Below the pieces are notes generated by a model, which saw only the letters and a program-made list of their open reading frames with translations, made no database searches and was not told where the DNA came from. The translations under genes were made by a program, and so were the position numbers. Shown here in pieces: positions 46,601 to 54,672 of a stretch of 64,000 bases of DNA (within the stretch, counting starts at the first letter, position 1; every line of letters starts with the position of its first letter). Origin of the DNA: a virus; IMG/VR virus record IMGVR_UViG_3300028393_000022; one strand, written 5' to 3'.

Positions 46601-47238
46601 GGGCCGAATCAGTTGTTAAACCAGCATTAAGGACAAAAACAGGGCCAGCAGTGCAGGGCGCCGGTTCAGCAATTTCCTTAATTGAACAGAATATGGAATT
46701 CTTTGCTGAAGAAATATATGCTTATGTACAGGCAACCTTTACATTAACATATAACAAAGCAAAATGTCAGAGAGATGTTAAGTTGATATTACAACGTTTG
46801 ATATACGATATTGAAACTGGCGGAAGATATAATACTGTTATGAGTGGATTAAGTTACTGGCAGAGAGAAGGGACACACCACATAATTCAATTAGGTGAAA
46901 ATATTACTAGAACAGACTTACTACCTGACGGTGCTAGTGTTAATTTTTATCAACGTAGTTACATTAGTGCATCTGGTTATGTATTTGAATATGTTGGTGC
47001 AGGAACTAACTACGGAGCATTACCACAAGTAGGCCGTGCTGATCCTGTACAAACTAAAGAAACTGTACAGTTAGATAGTGGTAAGGTATTCTTTACAAGT
47101 ACTGACCAAAACGGTGACTTCCGTATTGGTCCTGGACTAGTTATCAGTCAAGCAACAGGTGTTCTAAGTGGTAGAACATTTACTAAATCATTATTTGCTA
47201 ATATGACACCGTTCATCTTAGCTATTGAAGCAGGTTAA
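40612..47238 (+). CDS. Large virion structural protein with split beta-helix and seven helical C-x-R-D repeats
   Basis: 2208 aa. LYVTMDGADTNDG...CRTI..A, SPYIQNCT and YAQLVSVFTIFC are beta-helix elements; seven Y-x4-C-x-R-D repeats; TAAATA at 40591. Confidence 0.7.
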   Translation: MATTYFSNTPPGAASSTTNITVENIPNDYFLNAKAKINLKSGADTSITAGGKAEIDANSDVKIISEGGIVAIESSADKITIKAATDVTVTARGKAIVDAPETDILHDSVLGSDVGTDTTEFKSKIKSNILPKGTNYNIGDASNIWKKSFFDEGEYFSENNVGNQYLEYGVNGRPYNPADIYDTAEHRKTGAVYVHGGVGIEKDLNVGGRIYGRIEIANTSFQIVVTATNADIVFHPLFARSTGEQFLFVDIQGIDQGGSAGLTYNPYTGKLGTELLKVVSTSAANSTDGAVRVEGGISVGKNIVTKEITPPDDADVATEIYSVGVNSSQWADAYVHNLYTRVIGSTTGTIEMRPDAGVVDMFSDIRVRGQNPIGTAPVVTNILYVTMDGADTNDGRAMDPSRACRTIGAALKSPYYQSGTQIRVAPGHYLEDNPLQLKPYTSIMGSDLRTCSIEPINKTQDLFHVNSGCYLAFMQFLNGRSGLLEGPYDPQYNRGAYCTSFPPLEGDARIDLFHSPYIQNCTNQNGPWLTDGTMFVPNQTVQIPRVVGTGTWIANTTTLVIHATTGTIAQGDYINAGQQNPGFFEARTLMLANKPFLQEQVVAYVDVTFNTSSFSYNVTKCRRDIGLILDSISTDMLYNDTSDSTFAGLQYWNQTSSAIAGEQTTTTNAINYLKGLAATVALNAGSSSAQTRVNTLFTVITDIITNGTVGVSDSIIANGLPSTDPQYTNAYTALLANKETFKTQVLSWIGSNYPTFVYNTSTCARDVGYIIDSVAFDVLHSGNRQSIKSGVYYYNYSTTSTTIANQIPQTTLAYNFIKSIITNIVTGIPLPTVYQTATTQVIIGQPIASSYEAISLQNKIDIITDIIRHGPSVAVNQTPEYVTLSINEEKVNAFNMLLTNKDFIKAEVIAYLNKNANTFNYSKELCYRDTGILIENVAYDAAFGGNEKSIQSGLAYYDGVISRISGQETQTSAAIDYLSKMVQSIIVNNTWTNILTVPAVIAPYGTHNQVRNTVMTRGAVASSAIDQCFNTITVIINNGPTAAPAMYKSGCPDAAFVSAEILMQANRRFIQEDTINWINNTVKAFPYSRIKCKRDINIIVDSIAYDLLYPTAKRSQSTFSALQYWSQGNYTGIIEAQLGPTIDAIKYLKELSVKVVQNIKPTDDLVNRYQFVVSQNTSLESASSVEAALIAANFDIILSIVKGNSKGWTDKIVPNGPETNLLGIKNAFNLLEANKAYMAAEVIAYITAVHPNFTAYSTSTCARDVGLITDSIAFDLKHGGNRQAIQAGLSYYSVSGSTNTIHGQETQTIVAFNRIKDIVDGIMTGNLVAASTGTIASQVILPNVATLSEVRYVQQSISTITDIIIYGPSISSGLTSIALTASTVTSVINGFNLLQANKKFIVDDVIHFIDWNYNRSSFDYNEELCYRDTGLIVDAVSQDILLGGNYKSVEAGLAYWNFGYNQVAGQETTTTMALNYARDIALQIIANTPVTPQTQTSITQVINPFFEYGGDYMPQEAIKRNFKIITDIIQKGPMYAPPRYMGGGLFALVGINGADVKISPRVTSVTTVTTGTYIVGLDTSTVGFGNNATLYFGDTLVYPKQNAEVEALSLEYTGDATTWNRRKVDPIGGMGGSLVDGAVISSRSPINSFVYDAFTQVNQGGRGIRITNDGYAQLVSVFTIFCSTGVQVDNGGIASIVNSNANFGDLCLVAKGYGQRKFSGTVYNPVNKSYPDDPEFNNYYPAGYWPNNARARVFIPDLADRPHISLVMEVVPPDTMVDYTGLVVPQANEQGFSGFLNAVPNLGILTTGTITLTGIDTTGIAVGNALYIRDQNGSQTGTNGILYAAKDTIVTDVGYQSVTLNKALTSGGFDPTNTTSTVNSNYFNLYFCGNAYYTVLSSEIGDNPVPVGTNVIRDVITGDQRPAHISSLQRLNSIVIQAIKNQAITTSTTYVVAKQSFEPLLTDGGFAETFINQRFENLIQIINPTLASPPLSDDLTGAESVVKPALRTKTGPAVQGAGSAISLIEQNMEFFAEEIYAYVQATFTLTYNKAKCQRDVKLILQRLIYDIETGGRYNTVMSGLSYWQREGTHHIIQLGENITRTDLLPDGASVNFYQRSYISASGYVFEYVGAGTNYGALPQVGRADPVQTKETVQLDSGKVFFTSTDQNGDFRIGPGLVISQATGVLSGRTFTKSLFANMTPFILAIEAG

Positions 47239-47250
47239 AAAGGAAATATT

Positions 47251-47646
47251 ATGGCGTTAATTCCATTAAACACATTTAAAACAAAGACTAAACTGTTGCC
47301 AGGTTATTCATTAACTACAGCAACTGTAACCGCATATGTTGCACCAATTGGGGTAACATCAATTGTACTTATGGCACAGATTGCTAACATAAGTACTCAA
47401 ACACAAACTGTAAGTTTTATTCATTATAGAAAACGTCCAGTACTACGAGATGCTCAAGGCAACGGATTTCAAGATGCAGAAACACCCAGCTATCTCGTAA
47501 AAGACTTTACTATTCCCGCAGGGGATGCAGGTAGTGCATTATCTGGAAAATTAATTGTTGAAAGTTTAGATAGTGTTCAAGCATATGCTTCGACTACTGG
47601 AACTTGTCAATTAACTTTAAGTATTTTAGAGACTGCAAATGCTTAA
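47251..47646 (+). CDS. Small virion structural protein
   Basis: 131 aa beta-rich (YVAPIGVTSIVLMAQIAN...GKLIVESLDS...LSILET); RBS AAGGA. Confidence 0.6.
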   Translation: MALIPLNTFKTKTKLLPGYSLTTATVTAYVAPIGVTSIVLMAQIANISTQTQTVSFIHYRKRPVLRDAQGNGFQDAETPSYLVKDFTIPAGDAGSALSGKLIVESLDSVQAYASTTGTCQLTLSILETANA

Positions 47647-48775
47647 TCTACTAAGCGGATCATTACTACGTAGTGGGGGAAGTGGAGACTTCATTAAATT
47701 AGCTAATGCGCAACCTCAGCTACCGCCTACTCTTACGACTTCTACAGGCTACACACTAATTACTGATAGTTTATTAAGAACTAGTTATAGGTCAAGTTTA
47801 GGTAATATTGAATTTAACAATGCTGCTATGTGGAGTAACTTAGCAACTTCTGGCACAATAATTATCCTTGCTACCGGTACTAATATAACATCTACTGGAA
47901 CCAATACCGGCTTATTGGTAGTTCAGGGAGATATTGGTGTCGGCGGCACAATGAATATTCAGAAAGATATTACAGTCAACGGTATTACCATTGGTAAAGG
48001 GTTTGAAGGTCTTAATAACATCATCATTAGGGGAACTGCATCCCCTCAAGTGGACACTTTTGAAAACGGCCAAGAAACTATTGCAATTGGTTATAACACA
48101 TTAGAAGGCATTTCTAGTTCTTATAGAAACATTGGTATTGGACGGTTTGTACTACAAAGCGGCACAAATATATCTAACAACATTGGTATTGGTGACGGAG
48201 CATTACGATTAGTAGGTACAACTTCTACAATTAATGACAGCAATATTGGTATTGGTGTTGGAGCTGGAAAGAGTTTAATAGCAGGCCAATACAATATTTT
48301 TATGGGCCATGAAACAGCAAATACATGGAATACTGGATCGTACAACATTATTTTAGGTCAGCTCTCATTAACATCTATCAATAGCGGATCTGGTATTATT
48401 AGCATCGGCGGAGACAATATTGTTGATGGATTAGACAATCAGGTTAATATTGGATCAGTATTCTACTACGACGGTAGAGGGTATGCCTATATTGCTGCTG
48501 ATACTTCAGTAGGATTAGGAACTGACTCAACGAGCACTAATTCAGGTGCATTGATTGTCTCTGGCGGAGTTGGTATTGCAGGAAAAGTATATAGTGGTGA
48601 GACTGGCAACCCACAAGAAGATTATCTGTTGTACACCCCACAAGTTTTCACTACGTCGACTAAACCCCCGGTATCGAGGATTGGAGACATATGGATTGAT
48701 CCTACTATTCCAGCGTACCTACAGTATATAAAAGATGGTACTAGCACTTTCTGGATTCAGGTAGGTGCGGTATAA
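47639..48775 (+). CDS. Fibre-like protein with N-x-G-I-G (YadA-head-like) repeats
   Basis: Repeats TIAIGYNTL, NIGIGRFVL, NIGIGDGAL, NIGIGVGAG, NIFMGHETA; GALIVSGGVGI motif; C-terminal GDIWID module. Confidence 0.65.
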   Translation: MLNLLSGSLLRSGGSGDFIKLANAQPQLPPTLTTSTGYTLITDSLLRTSYRSSLGNIEFNNAAMWSNLATSGTIIILATGTNITSTGTNTGLLVVQGDIGVGGTMNIQKDITVNGITIGKGFEGLNNIIIRGTASPQVDTFENGQETIAIGYNTLEGISSSYRNIGIGRFVLQSGTNISNNIGIGDGALRLVGTTSTINDSNIGIGVGAGKSLIAGQYNIFMGHETANTWNTGSYNIILGQLSLTSINSGSGIISIGGDNIVDGLDNQVNIGSVFYYDGRGYAYIAADTSVGLGTDSTSTNSGALIVSGGVGIAGKVYSGETGNPQEDYLLYTPQVFTTSTKPPVSRIGDIWIDPTIPAYLQYIKDGTSTFWIQVGAV

Positions 48776-48794
48776 TTATAAAGAGTAAAAAAAC

Positions 48795-49676
48795 ATGGCA
48801 TCATTAAATTTTCCAGCAAATCCTAACTCCGGCGATACATGGACTCTAGGGTCAAAAACATATCAATGGAACGGATCAGCTTGGCTAGTCCAGAGTCAAA
48901 ATAATCTTGCATCAGGCATGGTTGTTATTACCAGTACAACAAATGCAACTAGCACCACTACAGGAGCATTAGTAGTGGCGGGCGGTATAGGAATGGGCGG
49001 AGATCTATGGATTGGTGGAACTATCTATTCAAATAGTATTCCAGTCCTTACTACATCTAGCCTCGGCGGACAAGTATTTGGCGGTACTGATATTACTGTT
49101 ACAAGCACGGGTACTAGTTCTACATCATATCTAAGATTTGATAACACTAGCACATTACAAACAGTCACAGGTAGGGGACACACTACTACTAACTTAATGG
49201 TATTTTCTAATGCCACTGAATCAGTATCAACCAATACAGGCGCATTGGTAGTAGCAGGCGGCATTGGTGTAGGTAAACGAATAAATTGTGAAAGCCTAAG
49301 AATACAAGACTCGGTATTTGATTCTAGTTTAGTACGGGTAAATACAACTGCTAGTACAGTTATAGACAGTTATTTGTTGGCAGATTTTAGATCGGCAAAA
49401 TATTTTGTTCAAATTGCATCAGGCGGTGGAGGAGACCATACATTAAATACAGCTACGTTTCAATCGGTTGAATTGATATTAGTAGCAGATAACACTGGTG
49501 CGGTATACGCAACTGAATATGGTTTAGTAGTTACTGGCGGTATAAGCGGAGGAGCTAGTTTAGGAACCTTCCAGGCAGATTTGAGTTTAATAGATAGCAC
49601 AGTTAGATTATATTTTAATCCTACATTGGCAACAAATAAAACAATTAAAGTTCTTAGAACCGGTATGGCATCGTAA
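48795..49676 (+). CDS. Fibre-like virion protein
   Basis: N-terminal FPANPNSGDTW...YQWNGSAW; two TGALVVAGGIG repeats; C-terminal FRSAKYFVQI...EYG domain. Confidence 0.65.
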   Translation: MASLNFPANPNSGDTWTLGSKTYQWNGSAWLVQSQNNLASGMVVITSTTNATSTTTGALVVAGGIGMGGDLWIGGTIYSNSIPVLTTSSLGGQVFGGTDITVTSTGTSSTSYLRFDNTSTLQTVTGRGHTTTNLMVFSNATESVSTNTGALVVAGGIGVGKRINCESLRIQDSVFDSSLVRVNTTASTVIDSYLLADFRSAKYFVQIASGGGGDHTLNTATFQSVELILVADNTGAVYATEYGLVVTGGISGGASLGTFQADLSLIDSTVRLYFNPTLATNKTIKVLRTGMAS

Positions 49677-49691
49677 AGGAAGATCACTACT

Positions 49692-52600
49692 ATGGCATTT
49701 TCATCTCCGACACAAGACTTTGTTGTAACATCTGGTTTAAATGTCCAAGGCACCTCTACAGTAACAAGCTCAACCGGTAATACATCTACTCTACAGGTAG
49801 CAGGCGGAGCGGCTGTTGCAAAAAATCTTATAGTAGGTACTACATCTCAACTATACGGAGATGTTACAGCATTTAGTAATTTAGAAGTTAAAGGCACAAT
49901 ACCTTACTTAAATATTACTGGTACTTCTAATTTAACCGTTGTAAGTGCAGGTGTTGTTACAGCTACACAATTAGATGTTGTCACTAGGCTGGCAGTAGGC
50001 GGATTAAGTCAACTTAATAATGCAACAATAGCCAATGGTACAAATTCAACGTCTTCTACTACTGGTGCATTACAGGTAACAGGCGGAGTTGGGATACAAA
50101 AAGATTTGTGGGTAGGCGGCCAAGCATTTGTAAACGGATATCAAGTATTAACTACTGCAAACATTATTGCCAGCACGCTACAAGCAGTTACATTACAAGG
50201 CTCATCCACAACTGTTGCAATATCAATATTAAACACTACAAGTTCTACGTCAACTAATACTGGCGCTTTACAAATTACTGGTGGTGCAGGAATTGGCGGA
50301 GCATTATGGGCCGGGTTAACTAGTTATGTAGCCGATGCACAAATTATTACCACTGCCACATTGTCACAATTTGGTGTAACATCGATTACTGCTGGGACAG
50401 ATACTGCAATCAATACCAGTACCGGTGCAATTACTATTTGGAATACCAGTACTTTACAAACTATAACTAGTAGAGGCAATACTACAGATAGATTAATTAG
50501 TATTACAAACACTGCCTCTAGCACATTAACCAATACTAATAATGCATTATATGTAAACGGCGGCGCATGGATTACCAAAGACTTAACAGTTGGCGGAAGT
50601 ATTGCAGGTGTTACTGCTACTATCACACAGGTGTACGGCACCAGTGCGCAATTTTTTGGTGATACTAACGGATTTGGTGCATTGTATGCAGGTATTCCTG
50701 TGGGTTTTACAGTACTACCAAGCACAGTATTACAACTAACTGCTAATATTGCTGACTATGCACAGAGTAATTTTCAAAATATCAACAACAGCCCTAAGGC
50801 CAGCACTGATTGGGTACTGACTAGTGCAGATGGCGAAAACTTTGCTAATTTTATTGACATGGCTATTGCCAGTGGTACATGGGACGGCTCACAAGATGGC
50901 AGTATTGGAACAGCAGTTGGCCCCAATGATGGATATTTATATGTGCAGGGAAATACAACTAATCCAGGACAAGGCAATTTAGTTATTGGTGCAAGTTCTA
51001 CAGGCAGTGTTGTTCGATTTTTTGCAGGCGGTATAGGTTCACAGTCTATTGTTGCAACCATTAACGCACCTAATACTACATCAACTTCTACTGGAACTGG
51101 TGCTTTTATATTAAAAGGTGGAGCCGGCATTAGCGGCAATATCAATGTTGGTGGCACAATTACTATATCAAGTACAGCATCAAATACGTCTACCCTTATA
51201 TCTAATGCTTTATATGTTGCAGGCGGAGTCGGCATTGCAAAATCATTATTGGTTACAGGACCAGCGATATTTCAAAATAATGTTACATTTAGTGGTGCTA
51301 CTACCTATGTATACAGCACCAACACTGTTTACACTGATAACATTATTGAACTACATAGTCCGGGGATATCATCTAGTACATGGTTAGTTGACGACGGCAC
51401 GGATATTGGTTTTAAAATCCATTACTATAACAACGGCGACCAAAATGCTGCACTAATTTTATCTAACAATTCAAAATATTTAGAATGGTTTTCAACTGGC
51501 GTGGAAAGCACCGGAACAAGCACTGTATTTTCAGCCGGTAATTATGGTATATTTAAAACTGGTGGAATAATATTAACAAACACCACGGTATCTAATAGTA
51601 CAACAACAGGCGCATTAATTGTAGCAGGAGGTGTAGGTGTTGGCGGAACAATCAATGCTACAAATATGTACAGTGGCGGAAGCCTAGTACTTACTACCAG
51701 TAATGTCAATAGCTATGTAACAGCCGGTGTTAGTAGTATTATTGCGGGCACTGATACTGCAATTAGTAGCTCAACAGGTGCGGTAACAATTTGGAATACT
51801 GGCACATTACAGAGTGTGACTGCTCGTGGTGCAACAACTAATAAAGCAATCAGTATTACGAATACTACTAGTTCAACATCGACAACCACTGGTGCGTTCA
51901 CTGTAACAGGGGGTGCAGGCGTCGGCGGAGCATTGTATGCAGGATCTTTATATGATTCCGGTAACAGAGTATTAACATCTGTAACTGGTTACGGTTCTAC
52001 TTATATCAGTGTAACTAATTCTTCAACTGGGGTAACCGCAGTCTTTACAGTGACCAACTTAGGTGTAACGAACTTAACTGGTACTACATACCTATCTGTT
52101 AGCTCAAGTACTGGAAGTGTGACGTTGACCAACTTAGGTGTAACGAACTTAACTGGTACTACATACCTATCTGTTAGCTCAAGTACTGGAAGTGTGACGT
52201 TGACCAACTTAGGTGTTCAAACATTAACGGCTGGCACTGATACATCAGTAAGCTCGAGTACAGGAACTGTAACTGTTTGGAATACGAGCACATTACAAAC
52301 AATAACAAGTAGAGGTTCTTCTTCGTCTAATGCAATCAGTATTACAAATTCGACCAGTGCTACTTCGACTGCTACCGGCGCACTACAAGTTTATGGCGGT
52401 GTTGGTATTGGCGGCAATTTATATGTTGGCGGAACATTGTATGCAACTATAGCAGGTAATATTACCACTGCTACCAATTTAACTGGTGGTACTGCCGGAC
52501 AAGTTCCTTATCAAACAGCACCGGGTGTAACAAGTTTCTACGGACCAGGTACTGCTGGCAATGTACTAGTCAGCAATGGAACAAATGCTCCTACATACAA

Positions 52601-53510
52601 TAATACACTAACGTTGGCCAGTATTGTTACAAGTACGTCAACTAGTACAGGTGCGTTAGTAGTAACAGGAGGTGTTGGCATTGGCGGCGCATTGTATGTA
52701 GGAACATCGTCGTATATTAATGGCTCACTAATAATAACAACTGCTACAATAAATCAGTACGCTAGTCAAACAACAATAACTGCTGGTACTGATACTGCGG
52801 TTAATACAAGTACTGGTGCTGTTACAATTTGGAATACTGGTACATTACAGTCAGTTACTGGTAGAGGTTCTACAACCACTAATGCAATTAGCATTACAAA
52901 TACTGCAAGTTCAACTTCAACTACGACTGGTGCGTTAGTAGTAACAGGAGGTGTTGGCATTGGCGGTAATTTAAATGTGGGCGGTACGGTTATTGGCGGC
53001 GGCATTAGAAGTACATCTAGCCCTACAGCACCAACCAGTCCAGCGCCCGTAGTGGGAGACATTTGGTATAATACATCAACCGATGATGTTTATCGATTTA
53101 CAAGTGACGGAACTAGCACTTATTGGTTAGATATGTCTGGACCAACTGTATCGGGGACTGTTAGAATTAGCCAATATGTACCTTTTGTGTATACCACTTC
53201 TAGTATTGCTGCTGCTGTCATCAATGTAAATATTACAGACCAATATAATATCACATCATTATCGACTGCTACTACTTTTAGTACCACATCTACTACTAAC
53301 CCCAACGACGGTCAAAAATTAATGATAAGAGTATTAGACAACGGAACATCACAAACATTAACATGGACAACAGGTACTACAAACTCTTTTAGAATAATTG
53401 GAGTGACGCTACCTACTAACACTGTTGCTTCAAAACTTGTTTACGTTGGATGTGTATACAATGCTTCTAGCAGCCGCTGGGATGTCGTTGCAGTTGGTCA
53501 GGAAGTTTAA
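49692..53510 (+). CDS. Long Thr/Ser/Gly-rich tail fibre protein
   Basis: 1272 aa with many STxTGALxVxGGxGIGG and AGTDTAxxxSTGAVTIWNTxTLQxxTxRG repeats; C-terminal YN.....WDVVAV domain. Confidence 0.75.
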   Translation: MAFSSPTQDFVVTSGLNVQGTSTVTSSTGNTSTLQVAGGAAVAKNLIVGTTSQLYGDVTAFSNLEVKGTIPYLNITGTSNLTVVSAGVVTATQLDVVTRLAVGGLSQLNNATIANGTNSTSSTTGALQVTGGVGIQKDLWVGGQAFVNGYQVLTTANIIASTLQAVTLQGSSTTVAISILNTTSSTSTNTGALQITGGAGIGGALWAGLTSYVADAQIITTATLSQFGVTSITAGTDTAINTSTGAITIWNTSTLQTITSRGNTTDRLISITNTASSTLTNTNNALYVNGGAWITKDLTVGGSIAGVTATITQVYGTSAQFFGDTNGFGALYAGIPVGFTVLPSTVLQLTANIADYAQSNFQNINNSPKASTDWVLTSADGENFANFIDMAIASGTWDGSQDGSIGTAVGPNDGYLYVQGNTTNPGQGNLVIGASSTGSVVRFFAGGIGSQSIVATINAPNTTSTSTGTGAFILKGGAGISGNINVGGTITISSTASNTSTLISNALYVAGGVGIAKSLLVTGPAIFQNNVTFSGATTYVYSTNTVYTDNIIELHSPGISSSTWLVDDGTDIGFKIHYYNNGDQNAALILSNNSKYLEWFSTGVESTGTSTVFSAGNYGIFKTGGIILTNTTVSNSTTTGALIVAGGVGVGGTINATNMYSGGSLVLTTSNVNSYVTAGVSSIIAGTDTAISSSTGAVTIWNTGTLQSVTARGATTNKAISITNTTSSTSTTTGAFTVTGGAGVGGALYAGSLYDSGNRVLTSVTGYGSTYISVTNSSTGVTAVFTVTNLGVTNLTGTTYLSVSSSTGSVTLTNLGVTNLTGTTYLSVSSSTGSVTLTNLGVQTLTAGTDTSVSSSTGTVTVWNTSTLQTITSRGSSSSNAISITNSTSATSTATGALQVYGGVGIGGNLYVGGTLYATIAGNITTATNLTGGTAGQVPYQTAPGVTSFYGPGTAGNVLVSNGTNAPTYNNTLTLASIVTSTSTSTGALVVTGGVGIGGALYVGTSSYINGSLIITTATINQYASQTTITAGTDTAVNTSTGAVTIWNTGTLQSVTGRGSTTTNAISITNTASSTSTTTGALVVTGGVGIGGNLNVGGTVIGGGIRSTSSPTAPTSPAPVVGDIWYNTSTDDVYRFTSDGTSTYWLDMSGPTVSGTVRISQYVPFVYTTSSIAAAVINVNITDQYNITSLSTATTFSTTSTTNPNDGQKLMIRVLDNGTSQTLTWTTGTTNSFRIIGVTLPTNTVASKLVYVGCVYNASSSRWDVVAVGQEV
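52051..52216 (+). repeat. 75-bp exact tandem repeat (2.2 copies) encoding TNLGVTNLTGTTYLSVSSSTGSVTL
   Basis: Unit TGACCAACTTAGGTGTAACG...GTGTGACGT starts at 52051 and 52126, with a partial copy at 52201. Confidence 0.92.
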
Positions 53511-54323
53511 ATGATTGTATATTCAAGAGTAATAAATGGCATGATAAATACCACGGCACTAGAACCTTATACAAGTGATACTAGCAGTGATTTTTGGTTT
53601 GAACATAGCAGCGATATAAAGTATGCACCCGGTGATATATATATCTCACCAGACACAAATGCTCCTAGACCACCATCTGCTTGGGGTGCAACAAGTATGG
53701 ATGCTGAACCACTAACCTTTATAGCAAACACATGGTCTAATATGCGTGATAAGGTAACCATTATACCTAATTTTATTACACCAGACGAATGTGATATATT
53801 AAATCGATGGACTAAAAAAGCTGTTGATTTAAAATGGCTTGATTTTGGTATCACAAACAATCAAGTTGTTTATCAATCTAGATTAACTACTAGAATGTAT
53901 GGGCATAGATTTGATAAGTATCCAGACTTAGCCTATACCATCCGTGATCAAATTCGTGCCGCATTAAATATATTTGATTTACCTATCAGCACGAATGGAG
54001 GCGGTAGAGAAGGAATTGTAGTCAGTAGTACACTACCGGGCGGTGATGTATATCAGCATGTAGATGGTAAAGAAGGTGACTTAGAATTACTTCGTTGTAA
54101 TATTATATCACAAGCTGCCGAATCGGGTGCAGAATTAACAGTAGCCGACAAATTTTATGATGTACAATGTGGAGATTTACATTGTTATTTGGCAAGTAAA
54201 CATCTGCATAAAGTTAGTATGGTTAGTGGTAGTCGCCCACGTACATTGTGGATGTTTGGGTTTCAAATAAACGAAAGTGATTGGGAAAATAATGCTAAAC
54301 GAAGATATTATATTAGTAAGTAA
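53511..54323 (+). CDS. 2OG-Fe(II) oxygenase (prolyl-hydroxylase-like)
   Basis: IPNFITPDECD start of fold, HxD (HVD), distal H and R (LHKVSMVSGSRPRTLW). Confidence 0.75.
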   Translation: MIVYSRVINGMINTTALEPYTSDTSSDFWFEHSSDIKYAPGDIYISPDTNAPRPPSAWGATSMDAEPLTFIANTWSNMRDKVTIIPNFITPDECDILNRWTKKAVDLKWLDFGITNNQVVYQSRLTTRMYGHRFDKYPDLAYTIRDQIRAALNIFDLPISTNGGGREGIVVSSTLPGGDVYQHVDGKEGDLELLRCNIISQAAESGAELTVADKFYDVQCGDLHCYLASKHLHKVSMVSGSRPRTLWMFGFQINESDWENNAKRRYYISK

Positions 54324-54669
54324 TTTATGGGTCAAACAAATGCATTTTGAAGATACAGGTGATACCATGCAGGGTCACTCGCACAAATTTGATCATCCCA
54401 CCCTAGTGGCATATGGCAGTGTGCGTGTAACCGTGGAGGGTGTTGATACAGTTTTTAAAGCACCACATATTATTTTTATTTCAAAAGATAAACTTCACGA
54501 AATTACTGCTTTAGAGCCTGGCACAGTGGCCTACTGTATTCATCCAATTCGCGGTGAACGCCAAGAAGATATTTTTGCACACAATCAAATACCGGCTGGC
54601 ATCGAGCACCCTATAAATATTTTGAATGATAGTGATCAACTGCTTTTAAATTCTACAATACAGGATTAA
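54292..54669 (+). CDS. Cupin-fold protein
   Basis: GHSHKFDHPTLVAYGSV...FKAPHIIFI.....HEITALE...YCIH; ATG 54292 preferred over the track's GTG 54277. Confidence 0.75.
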   Translation: MLNEDIILVSNLWVKQMHFEDTGDTMQGHSHKFDHPTLVAYGSVRVTVEGVDTVFKAPHIIFISKDKLHEITALEPGTVAYCIHPIRGERQEDIFAHNQIPAGIEHPINILNDSDQLLLNSTIQD

Positions 54670-54672
54670 TTG

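Noticed and set aside
52051-52216. CRISPR-like or DGR template/variable repeats
   Set aside because: Repeats are in-frame coding units without spacers; no adenine-specific mismatch pattern and no reverse transcriptase or cas gene in the window.
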